Positions 10,015-18,273 of a DNA stretch of 64,000 nucleotides are shown piece by piece. Both the position numbers and the translations under genes were made by a program. This DNA is from Candidatus Rokuibacteriota bacterium (GTDB lineage Bacteria; Methylomirabilota; Methylomirabilia; Rokubacteriales; CSP1-6): the NCBI GenBank assembly GCA_003220225.1, contig QHRU01000040.1, positions 19,666-83,665 on the forward strand, in the 5' to 3' direction. Each line of letters opens with the position of its first letter. The stretch's first letter is position 1. Under the pieces are notes generated by a model. It had not been told where the DNA came from. It saw only the letters and a list, made by a program, of their open reading frames with translations, and did no database searches.

Positions 10015-10080
10015 GAGGGGGGTCTCCCCCCTCGATAAACAAATGGTCGGGCCCGTTAACGCCGGGCCCGTCGTCGTTTT
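10015..10080 (+). terminator. Intercistronic GC hairpins plus T-tract between iscA and hscB (attenuator/partial terminator candidate)
   Basis: GAGGGGGG-TCT-CCCCCCTC (10015-10033) and CGGGCCCG-N7-CGGGCCCG (10048-10070) followed by TCGTCGTTTT. Confidence 0.35.
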
Positions 10081-10089
10081 GGGGGAACG

Positions 10090-10704
10090 GTGCTGAAGCA
10101 GGATTACTTCTCGGTGTTCGGTCTGCCCCGGAAGCTGGCCATCGACACGGCCGAGCTTCAGCGGCGGTTCTATGCCCTGGCGCGGGAGCACCATCCCGAC
10201 TTCCACCAGGCCGCCCCGCCCGAGGAGCTCGCGCGCGTCGAGGCGACGTCCGCGCTCGTGAACACCGCCTACCGCACGCTGCGCGACCCGATCGCGCGCG
10301 TGGATTACCTGGTGCGGCTGGAAGAGGGCCGCACGACGAGGGAGGGCGCCGCGGAGAAGCCGAAGGCACCGCCCGCGCTGCTGCAGGAGATGTTCGAGAT
10401 CCAGGAGGCGCTGGCGGAGGCCAAGACCGGCGCCCTCGACGCCGCCACGCGCGCGAGGCTTTCCGCGCAGCGCGAGGGCCTGCGCGCGCGGTTGAAGGAC
10501 GAAGAGGCCAGGCTCGGCGCGTCGCTCAGCGCGCGCTGGGACGGCGCCGCGCCGGCGGAGCGCCCCGCGGTGCTCGCCGCGCTCAAGGAGGCGCTCGCCA
10601 CGCGGGCGTATCTCCGCACCGTGATCGACGACCTGGCCGAGGCGCTGGGAGAGGACGAGCCCTCCCGGAGAGAGGACAAGCGTGTCGCGCATCATCGGCA
10701 TTGA
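10090..10704 (+). CDS. hscB: Co-chaperone HscB (J-domain)
   Basis: 204 aa; J-domain with HPD motif (EHHPDF); position between iscA and hscA. Confidence 0.8.
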   Translation: MLKQDYFSVFGLPRKLAIDTAELQRRFYALAREHHPDFHQAAPPEELARVEATSALVNTAYRTLRDPIARVDYLVRLEEGRTTREGAAEKPKAPPALLQEMFEIQEALAEAKTGALDAATRARLSAQREGLRARLKDEEARLGASLSARWDGAAPAERPAVLAALKEALATRAYLRTVIDDLAEALGEDEPSRREDKRVAHHRH

Positions 10705-12535
10705 CCTGGGGACGACCAACAGCCTCGTTGCCTACGTGGACGAGGCGACCGGACTCCCGCGCGTCATCCCCGATGCCGAGGGACGGCCGCTCCTGCCGTC
10801 CGTGGTCGCATTCACGCCCGACGGCATCGTCGTCGGCGAGGCCGCGCGCCGCCAGCTCGCGCGGCGTCCCGCCGACACCGTCTACTCGGTGAAGCGGCTG
10901 ATGGGTCGCGGCCACGAGGACGTCAAGGACGAGATGCGCTTCCTGCCGTTCCGGATCGTGCCGGGCGAGGGGCTGGTGAAGCTGGCCGTCGGCGGCCGTG
11001 AGGTGACGCCGCCCGAGGTCTCCGCGGCCGTGCTGAAGGCGCTGAAGGAGCGCGCCGAGCGCCACTTCGGCGAGCCCATCGAGAAGGCCGTCGTCACGGT
11101 GCCCGCCTACTTCAACGACGCCCAGCGGCAGGCCACGAAGGACGCCGGCCGCATCGCGGGCCTCGACGTCGTGCGGATCGTGAACGAGCCGACGGCGGCC
11201 TCGCTCGCCTACGGCCTGCAGCGCCTCTCGGAGGGCGTGATCGCCGTCTACGACCTGGGCGGAGGGACGTTCGACGTCTCGATCCTGCGCGTCAAGGGCG
11301 GCGTGTTCGAGGTGCTCGCGACCAACGGCGACACGCACCTCGGCGGCGACGACCTCGACCGGGTGCTCGCGCTGTGGCTGCTCGAGGACATCGCGGTGCG
11401 CCACCACGCCGAGCTGGACCGCGACTGCGTGGACCTCGCGCGCGATCCCGAGGCGATGCAGGAGCTGCGGCTGGCGGCGGAGGCGGCGAAGATCCGCCTG
11501 TCGAGCGAGGAGCGGACGACGCTCACGATCCCGTTCGCGGGCTTCACCTACCGCCGCGACATCACGCGCGCCGAGCTCGAGCGCCTCGTGGAGCCGCTGG
11601 TGACGCGCACCCTCGGTCCCTGCCGCCGCGCGCTGGGCGACGCCGGCCTGACGCCGGCCGACATCGACGAGATCGTGCTCGTGGGCGGCTCGACGCGCGT
11701 GCCGCTCGTGCGCCGGCGCGTGCAGGAGCTGTTCGGCAAGGCGCCGCACAGCCAGCTGAACCCCGACGAGGTCGTCGCGCTCGGCGCGGCCGTGCAGGCC
11801 CACATCCTGGCCGGCGGCTTCACCAACATGCTGCTGCTGGACGTGACGCCGCTGTCGCTCGGCATCGAGTCGCTCGGCGGCATCGTCAACGTGCTGATCC
11901 CGCGCAACACCACGATCCCGACGAGCGCGCGCGAGATGTTCACGACGTCGGTCGACGGCCAGACGCTGGTGGACCTGCACGTGGTCCAGGGCGAGCGTGA
12001 GCTGGTCAAGGACTGCCGCTCCCTCGGCCGCTTCGAGCTGCGCATCGATCCCATGCCGGCGGGGATGCCGAAGATCGAGGTCACCTTCCTCATCGACGCC
12101 AACGGCATCCTCCAGGTGCAGGCGAAGGAGCAGCGCAGCGGCAAGGCCGCGTCGATCGAGGTGAAGCCGACCTACGGCCTCAGCGAGACCGAGGTCGAGC
12201 AGATGATCGAGGACTCGTTCACCTACGCGGAGGCCGACGTCGCGACGCGCATGCTCATCGAGGCGCGCAACGAGGCCGACACCGTGCTCGTCCACGCCGG
12301 CCGCGCGCTCAAGCAGGGCGCCGACCTCGTGCCCGCCGAGGAGCGCGCCGCCATCGAGGCCGCCGTGGCCGCCCTGCGGGCGGCGCGCGGGGGTGACGAT
12401 CGCGAGCGCATCCACGAGGCGACCACCGCCGTCAACCGCGCCACCGAGCACCTGGCCGAGGTGCTGATGGACGCCGCGCTCAAGGGCGCGCTCGGGTCGC
12501 GCCGCGCGACCGAGATCCTCGGGGAGCGGACGTGA
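10682..12535 (+). CDS. hscA: Hsp70-type chaperone HscA
   Basis: 617 aa; [18 protein letters not shown] Hsp70 signatures; overlaps hscB end. Confidence 0.9.
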   Translation: MSRIIGIDLGTTNSLVAYVDEATGLPRVIPDAEGRPLLPSVVAFTPDGIVVGEAARRQLARRPADTVYSVKRLMGRGHEDVKDEMRFLPFRIVPGEGLVKLAVGGREVTPPEVSAAVLKALKERAERHFGEPIEKAVVTVPAYFNDAQRQATKDAGRIAGLDVVRIVNEPTAASLAYGLQRLSEGVIAVYDLGGGTFDVSILRVKGGVFEVLATNGDTHLGGDDLDRVLALWLLEDIAVRHHAELDRDCVDLARDPEAMQELRLAAEAAKIRLSSEERTTLTIPFAGFTYRRDITRAELERLVEPLVTRTLGPCRRALGDAGLTPADIDEIVLVGGSTRVPLVRRRVQELFGKAPHSQLNPDEVVALGAAVQAHILAGGFTNMLLLDVTPLSLGIESLGGIVNVLIPRNTTIPTSAREMFTTSVDGQTLVDLHVVQGERELVKDCRSLGRFELRIDPMPAGMPKIEVTFLIDANGILQVQAKEQRSGKAASIEVKPTYGLSETEVEQMIEDSFTYAEADVATRMLIEARNEADTVLVHAGRALKQGADLVPAEERAAIEAAVAALRAARGGDDRERIHEATTAVNRATEHLAEVLMDAALKGALGSRRATEILGERT

Positions 12536-12858
12536 TGGGGGTCTACAAGGTCACGTTCCTGCCGCTGAACAAGACCGTCGAGGTCGACGACGAGAAGTAT
12601 CCGCTGGCCGACCACGGGAAACCAGGATCACTCCTCGATATCGCCCTCGCGCACGGTATCGACCTCGAGCACAACTGTGGTGGCTCGTGCGCCTGCACGA
12701 CGTGCCACGTGGTCGTGAGAGAAGGCGAGGAGAACCTCTCCGAGATGCAGGAGGACGAGGAGGATCGGCTGGACACCGCCGAGGGCCTCACGATCCACTC
12801 GCGGCTCGGCTGCCAGGCGGTGGTGCGCGGCGACGTCGTGGTGGAGATCCCGAAGTGA
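12535..12858 (+). CDS. fdx: [2Fe-2S] ferredoxin of the ISC system (Fdx)
   Basis: CGGSCACTTCHV...C motif of adrenodoxin-type ISC ferredoxin; follows hscA. Confidence 0.85.
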   Translation: MGVYKVTFLPLNKTVEVDDEKYPLADHGKPGSLLDIALAHGIDLEHNCGGSCACTTCHVVVREGEENLSEMQEDEEDRLDTAEGLTIHSRLGCQAVVRGDVVVEIPK

Positions 12859-13058
12859 TGACGTGGCGCGACGCGGAAGACATCGGCATCGCGCTCAGCG
12901 AGAAGTTTCCGGAGCAGGACCCGCTGACGGTGCGCTTCACGGACCTGCACCGCTACGTGACGGAGCTGCCGGAGTTCACGGACGACCCGAAGGCCAGCAA
13001 CGAGAAGCTGCTCGAGGCCATCCAGATGGCGTGGCTCGATGAGTACCGGAACCGCTAG
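12858..13058 (+). CDS. iscX: IscX (YfhJ) Fe-S assembly accessory protein
   Basis: 66 aa MTWRDAEDIGIALSEKFPEQDPLTVRFTDLHRYV... matches IscX; start overlaps fdx stop (TGATG). Confidence 0.75.
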   Translation: MTWRDAEDIGIALSEKFPEQDPLTVRFTDLHRYVTELPEFTDDPKASNEKLLEAIQMAWLDEYRNR

Positions 13059-13062
13059 GCCG

Positions 13063-13287
13063 CTACCAGGTCACGACCTGATCGGCCTCGAACACGGCCT
13101 CCAGGAGCCGCTCGTACGACCACTGATCGGGGACGCGGTGCACGGGGGCGCCGGCGGGCAGCGCCGGGGCGGTCGCCCCGGGCAGGAGCGCGACGGTGAC
13201 GGCGTCGCCGGCGGCGAGCTGGCGTTCGATGGTGGTCCGCGCGAGCGCGGTGTCGCCGCCCTTGAGGACGTGGAGCGTGCGCGCCAT
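13063..13287 (-). CDS. TusB/DsrH-like sulfur relay protein
   Basis: 74 aa, MxxTLHVL N-terminus and C-terminal W like TusB; last gene of DsrEFH-like triplet; only 4 bp from convergent iscX stop. Confidence 0.6.
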   Translation of the reverse strand: MARTLHVLKGGDTALARTTIERQLAAGDAVTVALLPGATAPALPAGAPVHRVPDQWSYERLLEAVFEADQVVTW

Positions 13288-13646
13288 CAGAACGCGATGA
13301 AGCGGCGCGCGGCGCGCACGAGGTCGGCGATCTGCTCGCGCGTCACCCGCACCACCTCGTGGCCCTCGGCGTTCCAGTCCGGGTCGGCGGGCACGGCGGA
13401 GGCCTCGACGTGGAACGGGATGCCCAGCCGCTTGAGGTTGGCGCGGAACTTCGCGATGTCGTCGCCGTCCACGAGGTCATCGGTGTCGCCGTCGAGCAGG
13501 TGGACGGCCGGCCCCGCCAGCACGAACGTCACCTCGTTCTCCCCGGCCACGATGCCGATGCCGATTCGCATGGCCTCGAACGCGCGGCCGGTTGCGCGCG
13601 GGTCCTGGGTGATGAGGACGAGGACCGGCTCGTCGGCCACGACCAC
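13287..13646 (-). CDS. TusC/DsrF-like sulfur relay protein
   Basis: 119 aa DsrE/DsrF-fold pattern (VTFVLAGPAV...IAKFRANLKRLGIPFHV); ATGA overlap with downstream gene. Confidence 0.6.
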   Translation of the reverse strand: MVVADEPVLVLITQDPRATGRAFEAMRIGIGIVAGENEVTFVLAGPAVHLLDGDTDDLVDGDDIAKFRANLKRLGIPFHVEASAVPADPDWNAEGHEVVRVTREQIADLVRAARRFIAF

Positions 13647-13650
13647 CCGC

Positions 13651-13977
13651 TCAGTTGAGCGCGACGAAGCGCTCGGTCGCGTTGATCAGATCGGTGAGCA
13701 CCACGAGGCCGCAATAGGTCACGCGGTCCGCGTGGTCGAGCGGGATGCGCCGCTTCTGGCAGCCGTACGCGCACACGAAGAGCTTGGCGCCGCGATCGGG
13801 CAGCGCGCGCACGCGCGCATCGTCGAGCGCGCGCACGCCGTCGTCGATCAGGTAGAGGTAGAGATCGGCGCCGCGCGCGAGGGCGGCCTCCGAGAGACCG
13901 ACGGCCGCGTCGAGGTTCGTCGCGTGCTCGGGACCCGTGGAGAGCAGCATCCCGAACTTTTTCTTCGACAGATCCAT
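13651..13977 (-). CDS. TusD/DsrE-like sulfur relay protein (conserved Cys)
   Basis: 108 aa; LFVCAYGC cysteine region comparable to TusD active-site Cys; first gene of triplet. Confidence 0.65.
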   Translation of the reverse strand: MDLSKKKFGMLLSTGPEHATNLDAAVGLSEAALARGADLYLYLIDDGVRALDDARVRALPDRGAKLFVCAYGCQKRRIPLDHADRVTYCGLVVLTDLINATERFVALN

Positions 13978-14018
13978 CGCGGGCGCAGCGTAGCATCGGC
14001 GATGAGGGAGAGCAAGGA

Positions 14019-15176
14019 ATGAACCGTCGTGTCTACCTCGATCACAACGCGTCGACGCCCGTGCACCCCGAGGTGGTGGCGGAGATGCTGCCGTACTTCA
14101 GCGACGTCTACGGCAACCCGTCGAGCGTGCACGGCTTCGGCCGCGACGCGCGTGCGGCGGTGGACGCCGCGCGCGACCGCGTCGCCGCGTTTCTGCGCGT
14201 GCGGCCGGAGGAGCTCGTGTTCACCTCGGGTGGGACGGAATCCGACAACTTCGGCGTGAAGGGCCTCGCCCTCGCGCGCGGCAGCGGCCACGTCATCACC
14301 AGCAGGGTCGAGCACCACGCGGTGCTGCGCTCGGCACAGGCGCTCGAGGCGCAGGGCTTCACGGTCACCTACCTGCCCGTCGACCAGTACGGCATGGTCG
14401 ATCCCGACGACGTGCGGCGCGCGCTGCGCCCCGACACGATCGCGATCTCGATCATGCACGCCAACAGCGAGGTCGGCACCATCCAGCCGGTGCGCGCGAT
14501 CGGCGCCCTGGCGCGTGACGCCGGCGTGCCCTTCCACGTCGACGCCGTGCAGACGTTCGGCAAGGTCGAGGTCGACGTGCACGCCATGAACATCGACGCG
14601 CTGTCGTTCTCGAGCCACAAGATCTACGGGCCCAAGGGCATCGCGGGCCTCTACATCCGCCGCGGCACCAAGATGGTCTCCATCCAGCACGGCGGCGAGC
14701 ACGAGCGGCGGCGGCGCGCCGGCACCGAGAACGTGCCGGGCATCGTGGGCCTCGGCAAGGCGGTCGAGATCCGCGCGCGCGACATGAAGGCCGAGGCGGA
14801 GCGGGTGAGCGCCCTGCGCGATCGCATGTGGGAGGGCATCCGCGCCCGCGTGCCGGACGTACGGCTCAACGGGCACCCGACCGAGCGCCTGCCGGGCACC
14901 GCCAACGTCTGCTACCGCAACGTCGAATCCGAATCCATCGTCCTCGGCCTGGATCTCAAGGGCATCGCGGTGTCGGCGGGCTCCGCCTGCACCGCGGGCA
15001 GCGTCGAGCCCTCGCACGTGCTGGTGGCCATGGGCGTGCCGCTCGACTGGGCGATGGGCGCCGTGCGCTCCTCGCTCGGCCGCTCGACGACGACCGAGGA
15101 CGTGGACTTCGTGGTGGCGTCGGTGACGGAGGTCGTCAGCCGGATCCGCCAGGCGATGCCGGTCGGAGCCGCATGA
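14019..15176 (+). CDS. nifS: NifS-type cysteine desulfurase (class I)
   Basis: 385 aa; [13 protein letters not shown]-Lys region, [10 protein letters not shown] catalytic Cys loop; second desulfurase in window. Confidence 0.85.
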   Translation: MNRRVYLDHNASTPVHPEVVAEMLPYFSDVYGNPSSVHGFGRDARAAVDAARDRVAAFLRVRPEELVFTSGGTESDNFGVKGLALARGSGHVITSRVEHHAVLRSAQALEAQGFTVTYLPVDQYGMVDPDDVRRALRPDTIAISIMHANSEVGTIQPVRAIGALARDAGVPFHVDAVQTFGKVEVDVHAMNIDALSFSSHKIYGPKGIAGLYIRRGTKMVSIQHGGEHERRRRAGTENVPGIVGLGKAVEIRARDMKAEAERVSALRDRMWEGIRARVPDVRLNGHPTERLPGTANVCYRNVESESIVLGLDLKGIAVSAGSACTAGSVEPSHVLVAMGVPLDWAMGAVRSSLGRSTTTEDVDFVVASVTEVVSRIRQAMPVGAA

Positions 15177-15559
15177 GGTACAGCCCGACGCTGGTCGATC
15201 ACTTCCTCAACCCGAGAAACGCCGGGCTGATGCGGGACGCCGACGGCTCCGGCAGCGACGAGTACGCCGGCTGCGGCGACCTCACGCGGTTCTATCTGAA
15301 GATGCGCGCGGGGTGCCTCGCCGAGGCGCGCTTTCAGGCCTACGGCTGCGGCCCGACGATCGCCGCGGCCAGCGTGGCCACCGAGCTGGTGGCGGGCCGC
15401 GCGGTGGAGGATCTGCTGGTCCTGAAGGCGCAGGAGATCGAAGACGCGCTCGACGGGCTTCCGGAGGATCGGAAGCACGCGGCCGAGGTGGCGGCGGGCG
15501 CGATGCGGGCGGCGGCGCTGGACGCGCTCCGCCGCCGGCCTGGGAACAGGGAGGCGTGA
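15173..15559 (+). CDS. NifU-like N-terminal (IscU-type) scaffold domain protein
   Basis: 128 aa; [18 protein letters not shown] conserved Cys sites of U-type scaffolds; ATGA overlap with nifS. Confidence 0.75.
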   Translation: MRYSPTLVDHFLNPRNAGLMRDADGSGSDEYAGCGDLTRFYLKMRAGCLAEARFQAYGCGPTIAAASVATELVAGRAVEDLLVLKAQEIEDALDGLPEDRKHAAEVAAGAMRAAALDALRRRPGNREA

Positions 15560-16221
15560 TGTTCGACCGACTGCGGGACGACATCCGGACGGTGATGGAG
15601 CGTGACCCGGCGGCGCGCTCTGCGTGGGAGGTCATTCTCTGCTACCCGGGGGTGCACGCGCTGGCCTTCCACCGCGTCGCGCACCGGCTCTGGCGCGCGC
15701 GCTGGACCACGAGCGCGCGCTGGGTGTCGCACCTCTCGCGTTTCCTGACCGGCATCGAGATCCATCCTGCCGCACGGCTCGGGCGCGGGCTCTTCATCGA
15801 CCACGGCATGGGCGTGGTGATCGGCGAGACCTCCGAGGTCGGCGAGAACGTGACGCTCTACCAGGGCGTGAGTCTGGCGGGGACGAGCCTCAAGAAGGAG
15901 AAGCGCCACCCGACGCTCGGCAACAACGTGACGGTGGGCGCGGGCGCCAAGATCATCGGCGGCTTCACGATCGGCGACAACAGCCGCGTCGGCGCCGGCT
16001 CGGTGGTCGTCCGCGAGGTGCCGCCGAACTCCGTTGTGGTCGGCGTGCCGGGCCGAGTAACATACAAGGACGGGCAGCGGGTCGACGGTGTGGATCTCAA
16101 CCAGACCGACCTGCCGGACCCGGTGACGAAGGCGCTCGAGCAGCTCGTGGAGCGGATCCGCACGCTCGAGGCGGAGGTCGAGACGCTCCGCAAGACCGTC
16201 GACAGGGAGGAACGCGCGTGA
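15559..16221 (+). CDS. cysE: Serine O-acetyltransferase
   Basis: Hexapeptide-repeat left-handed beta-helix ([31 protein letters not shown]...); start overlaps upstream stop. Confidence 0.85.
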   Translation: MFDRLRDDIRTVMERDPAARSAWEVILCYPGVHALAFHRVAHRLWRARWTTSARWVSHLSRFLTGIEIHPAARLGRGLFIDHGMGVVIGETSEVGENVTLYQGVSLAGTSLKKEKRHPTLGNNVTVGAGAKIIGGFTIGDNSRVGAGSVVVREVPPNSVVVGVPGRVTYKDGQRVDGVDLNQTDLPDPVTKALEQLVERIRTLEAEVETLRKTVDREERA

Positions 16222-16400
16222 CCCCGAAGGACGTGCTGAGCCTGGAAGAGGCCTCGCGGTACCTGGCCATGGATCAATCCACACTGAGCGTGATGGCCGC
16301 CGAGCGCCGCATCCCGTGCCTGGAGCTGAACGGCGGCTGGGTGTTCTCCAAGAAGTCCATCGACAAGTGGCGGAGCCAGCAGACGATCCGTCGAGCCTGA
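16218..16400 (+). CDS. Small HTH DNA-binding protein (excisionase/MerR-like HTH_17 type)
   Basis: 60 aa from GTG; pattern [17 protein letters not shown]...[20 protein letters not shown] typical of HTH_17 family. Confidence 0.5.
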   Translation: MTPKDVLSLEEASRYLAMDQSTLSVMAAERRIPCLELNGGWVFSKKSIDKWRSQQTIRRA

Positions 16401-16512
16401 TCCCCCGGTCGGCGGCGATATCATCATCACCCGCGACCTCGCCTGGTCGATCCTGACCGAGTTCACGAAAGGCGAGAGCCTCCGCAAGCACGCCCGTGCG
16501 GTCGAAGCCTCC

Positions 16513-16986
16513 ATGCGCGCCTACGCGCGTCGCTATGCCGAGAGCGAAGACGCGTGGGGGATCGCGGGCATGCTCCACGATTTCGACTACGAGATGCATC
16601 CGCACGCGCCCTTGCACCCCGTGAAGGGCGCCGAGATCCTGCTCGCGCGCGGCGTCGATCCCGCCATCGTCCACGCCATCCTCGCCCACGCCGACTACTC
16701 GGGCGTGCCGCGCGTGAGCCTGCTCGATCGCGCGCTGTACGCGTGCGACGAGCTGACCGGCTTCGTGCACGCGTGCGCGCTCGTGCGGCCGGGCAAGGTG
16801 ATCGACGGGCTCGAGCCGGCGTCGGTGCGGAAGAAGCTCAAGGACAAGGGCTTCGCGCGCACGGTGAATCGCGACGACGTCTATCGCGGGGCCGCCGAGC
16901 TGGGCGTGGACCTCGACGCCCACATCGCCTTCGTCGTGGACGCGCTCACCTCCGTCGCCCCCGAGCTCGGACTGGCCCGGGCCTGA
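16513..16986 (+). CDS. HD-domain (HDIG) phosphohydrolase; true start probably upstream near 16402-16426 at a non-canonical codon
   Basis: GIAGMLHDFDYE HD motif; conserved N-terminal His (LRKHARAVE) lies in the open frame upstream of the first ATG with no ATG/GTG/TTG available. Confidence 0.6.
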   Translation: MRAYARRYAESEDAWGIAGMLHDFDYEMHPHAPLHPVKGAEILLARGVDPAIVHAILAHADYSGVPRVSLLDRALYACDELTGFVHACALVRPGKVIDGLEPASVRKKLKDKGFARTVNRDDVYRGAAELGVDLDAHIAFVVDALTSVAPELGLARA

Positions 16987-17024
16987 CCCGTGGCCCCGCC
17001 TGCCGCTCGCGCGATCAGAACGGC

Positions 17025-18197
17025 ATGACGCGTCCTCGGAGCATCGTGCACGTGGACATGGACGCGTTCTACGCGTCCGTCGAGCAGCGCGACCGTCCCG
17101 AGCTGCGCGGCCGTCCCGTGATCGTCGGCGCCGATCCCAAGGGCCGCGGCGTCGTCTCCGCCGCCTCCTACGAGGCGCGCGTCTTCGGCGTGCGGTCCGC
17201 GATGCCGATCGGCAAGGCCGCGCGCCTGTGTCCCGACGGCGTCTTCCTGCCGGTGGACATGGACAAGTACGCCGGCGCCTCGCGCCAGATCATGGGGATC
17301 CTCGGCGACTTCTCACCGCTGGTGGAGCCGGTCTCCGTGGACGAGGCGTTCGTCGACCTGACGGGGACGGCGTCGCTGTTCGGACCGGCGCCGGAGGCGG
17401 TGCGCGAGATCAAGCGACGGATCCGGGCCGAGACGGGTCTCACGGCCTCCGCCGGGCTCGCCGCCAACAAGTTCATCGCCAAGGTGGCCTCCGATCTGAA
17501 GAAGCCCGACGGCCTCGTGATCGTCGAGGCGGGCCGCGAGGCAGAGTTCCTGGCGCCGCTGCCGATCGAGCGGCTCTGGGGCGTGGGCAAGGCGACGGCG
17601 AAGGACCTGGCCGCGCTCGGCATCGCGACGATCGGCCAGCTCCAGCGGCTGTCGCGCGCGACCCTCGTGGCGCGTCTCGGCGACCACGGCGCCGGGCTGC
17701 ACGACCTCGCCTTCGGCCGCGACGACCGGCCGGTGGAGCCGTGGACGCCGCCCAAATCGATGGGCGCGGAGACGACGTTCGAGCGCGACACGACGGACCG
17801 CGCCCGGCTCGACACCACGCTGCGCGGCCAGGCCGAGCGCGTGGCGCGCGAGCTGCGCGCGGAGCGGCTGGCCGCCGCGCGCGTGACGCTGAAGCTGCGC
17901 TTCGCCGACTTCCGCACGCTCACGCGCAGCCACACGAGCGACCCGACCCAGGACGGCCTCGAGCTCTACCGGCGCGTGGCGATCTTGCTGGCGCGCGAGA
18001 CGCTCGTGCAGCCGGTGCGGCTGATCGGCGTCTCCGCCTCGGCGCTGACGGCCGAGCAGACCGGCCAGCTCGGGCTGCTCGGGGACGACGCCGTGCGACG
18101 CGAGCGCCTCTCGCGGGCGGTGGATCGCATCACCGACCGCTTCGGGCTGGACGCCATCCGGCCCGCCGCGCTCGTTCGCCGGCCGCCCCGAGACTGA
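17025..18197 (+). CDS. dinB: DNA polymerase IV (Y-family)
   Basis: IVHVDMDAFYASVE N-terminus, SxDEAFLD motif, full-length DinB similarity. Confidence 0.85.
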   Translation: MTRPRSIVHVDMDAFYASVEQRDRPELRGRPVIVGADPKGRGVVSAASYEARVFGVRSAMPIGKAARLCPDGVFLPVDMDKYAGASRQIMGILGDFSPLVEPVSVDEAFVDLTGTASLFGPAPEAVREIKRRIRAETGLTASAGLAANKFIAKVASDLKKPDGLVIVEAGREAEFLAPLPIERLWGVGKATAKDLAALGIATIGQLQRLSRATLVARLGDHGAGLHDLAFGRDDRPVEPWTPPKSMGAETTFERDTTDRARLDTTLRGQAERVARELRAERLAAARVTLKLRFADFRTLTRSHTSDPTQDGLELYRRVAILLARETLVQPVRLIGVSASALTAEQTGQLGLLGDDAVRRERLSRAVDRITDRFGLDAIRPAALVRRPPRD

Positions 18198-18221
18198 TCG
18201 GGTGAGCGGCCGAGACACCGA

Positions 18222-18247
18222 GGGCGCGTGCCGCGCGACACGCGCCC
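18222..18247. terminator. GC-rich inverted repeat between convergent dinB and secreted-protein gene
   Basis: GGGCGCGTG-N8-CACGCGCCC. Confidence 0.4.
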
Positions 18248-18273
18248 CCAGACGACGTCTCTGCTTCTAGCGC

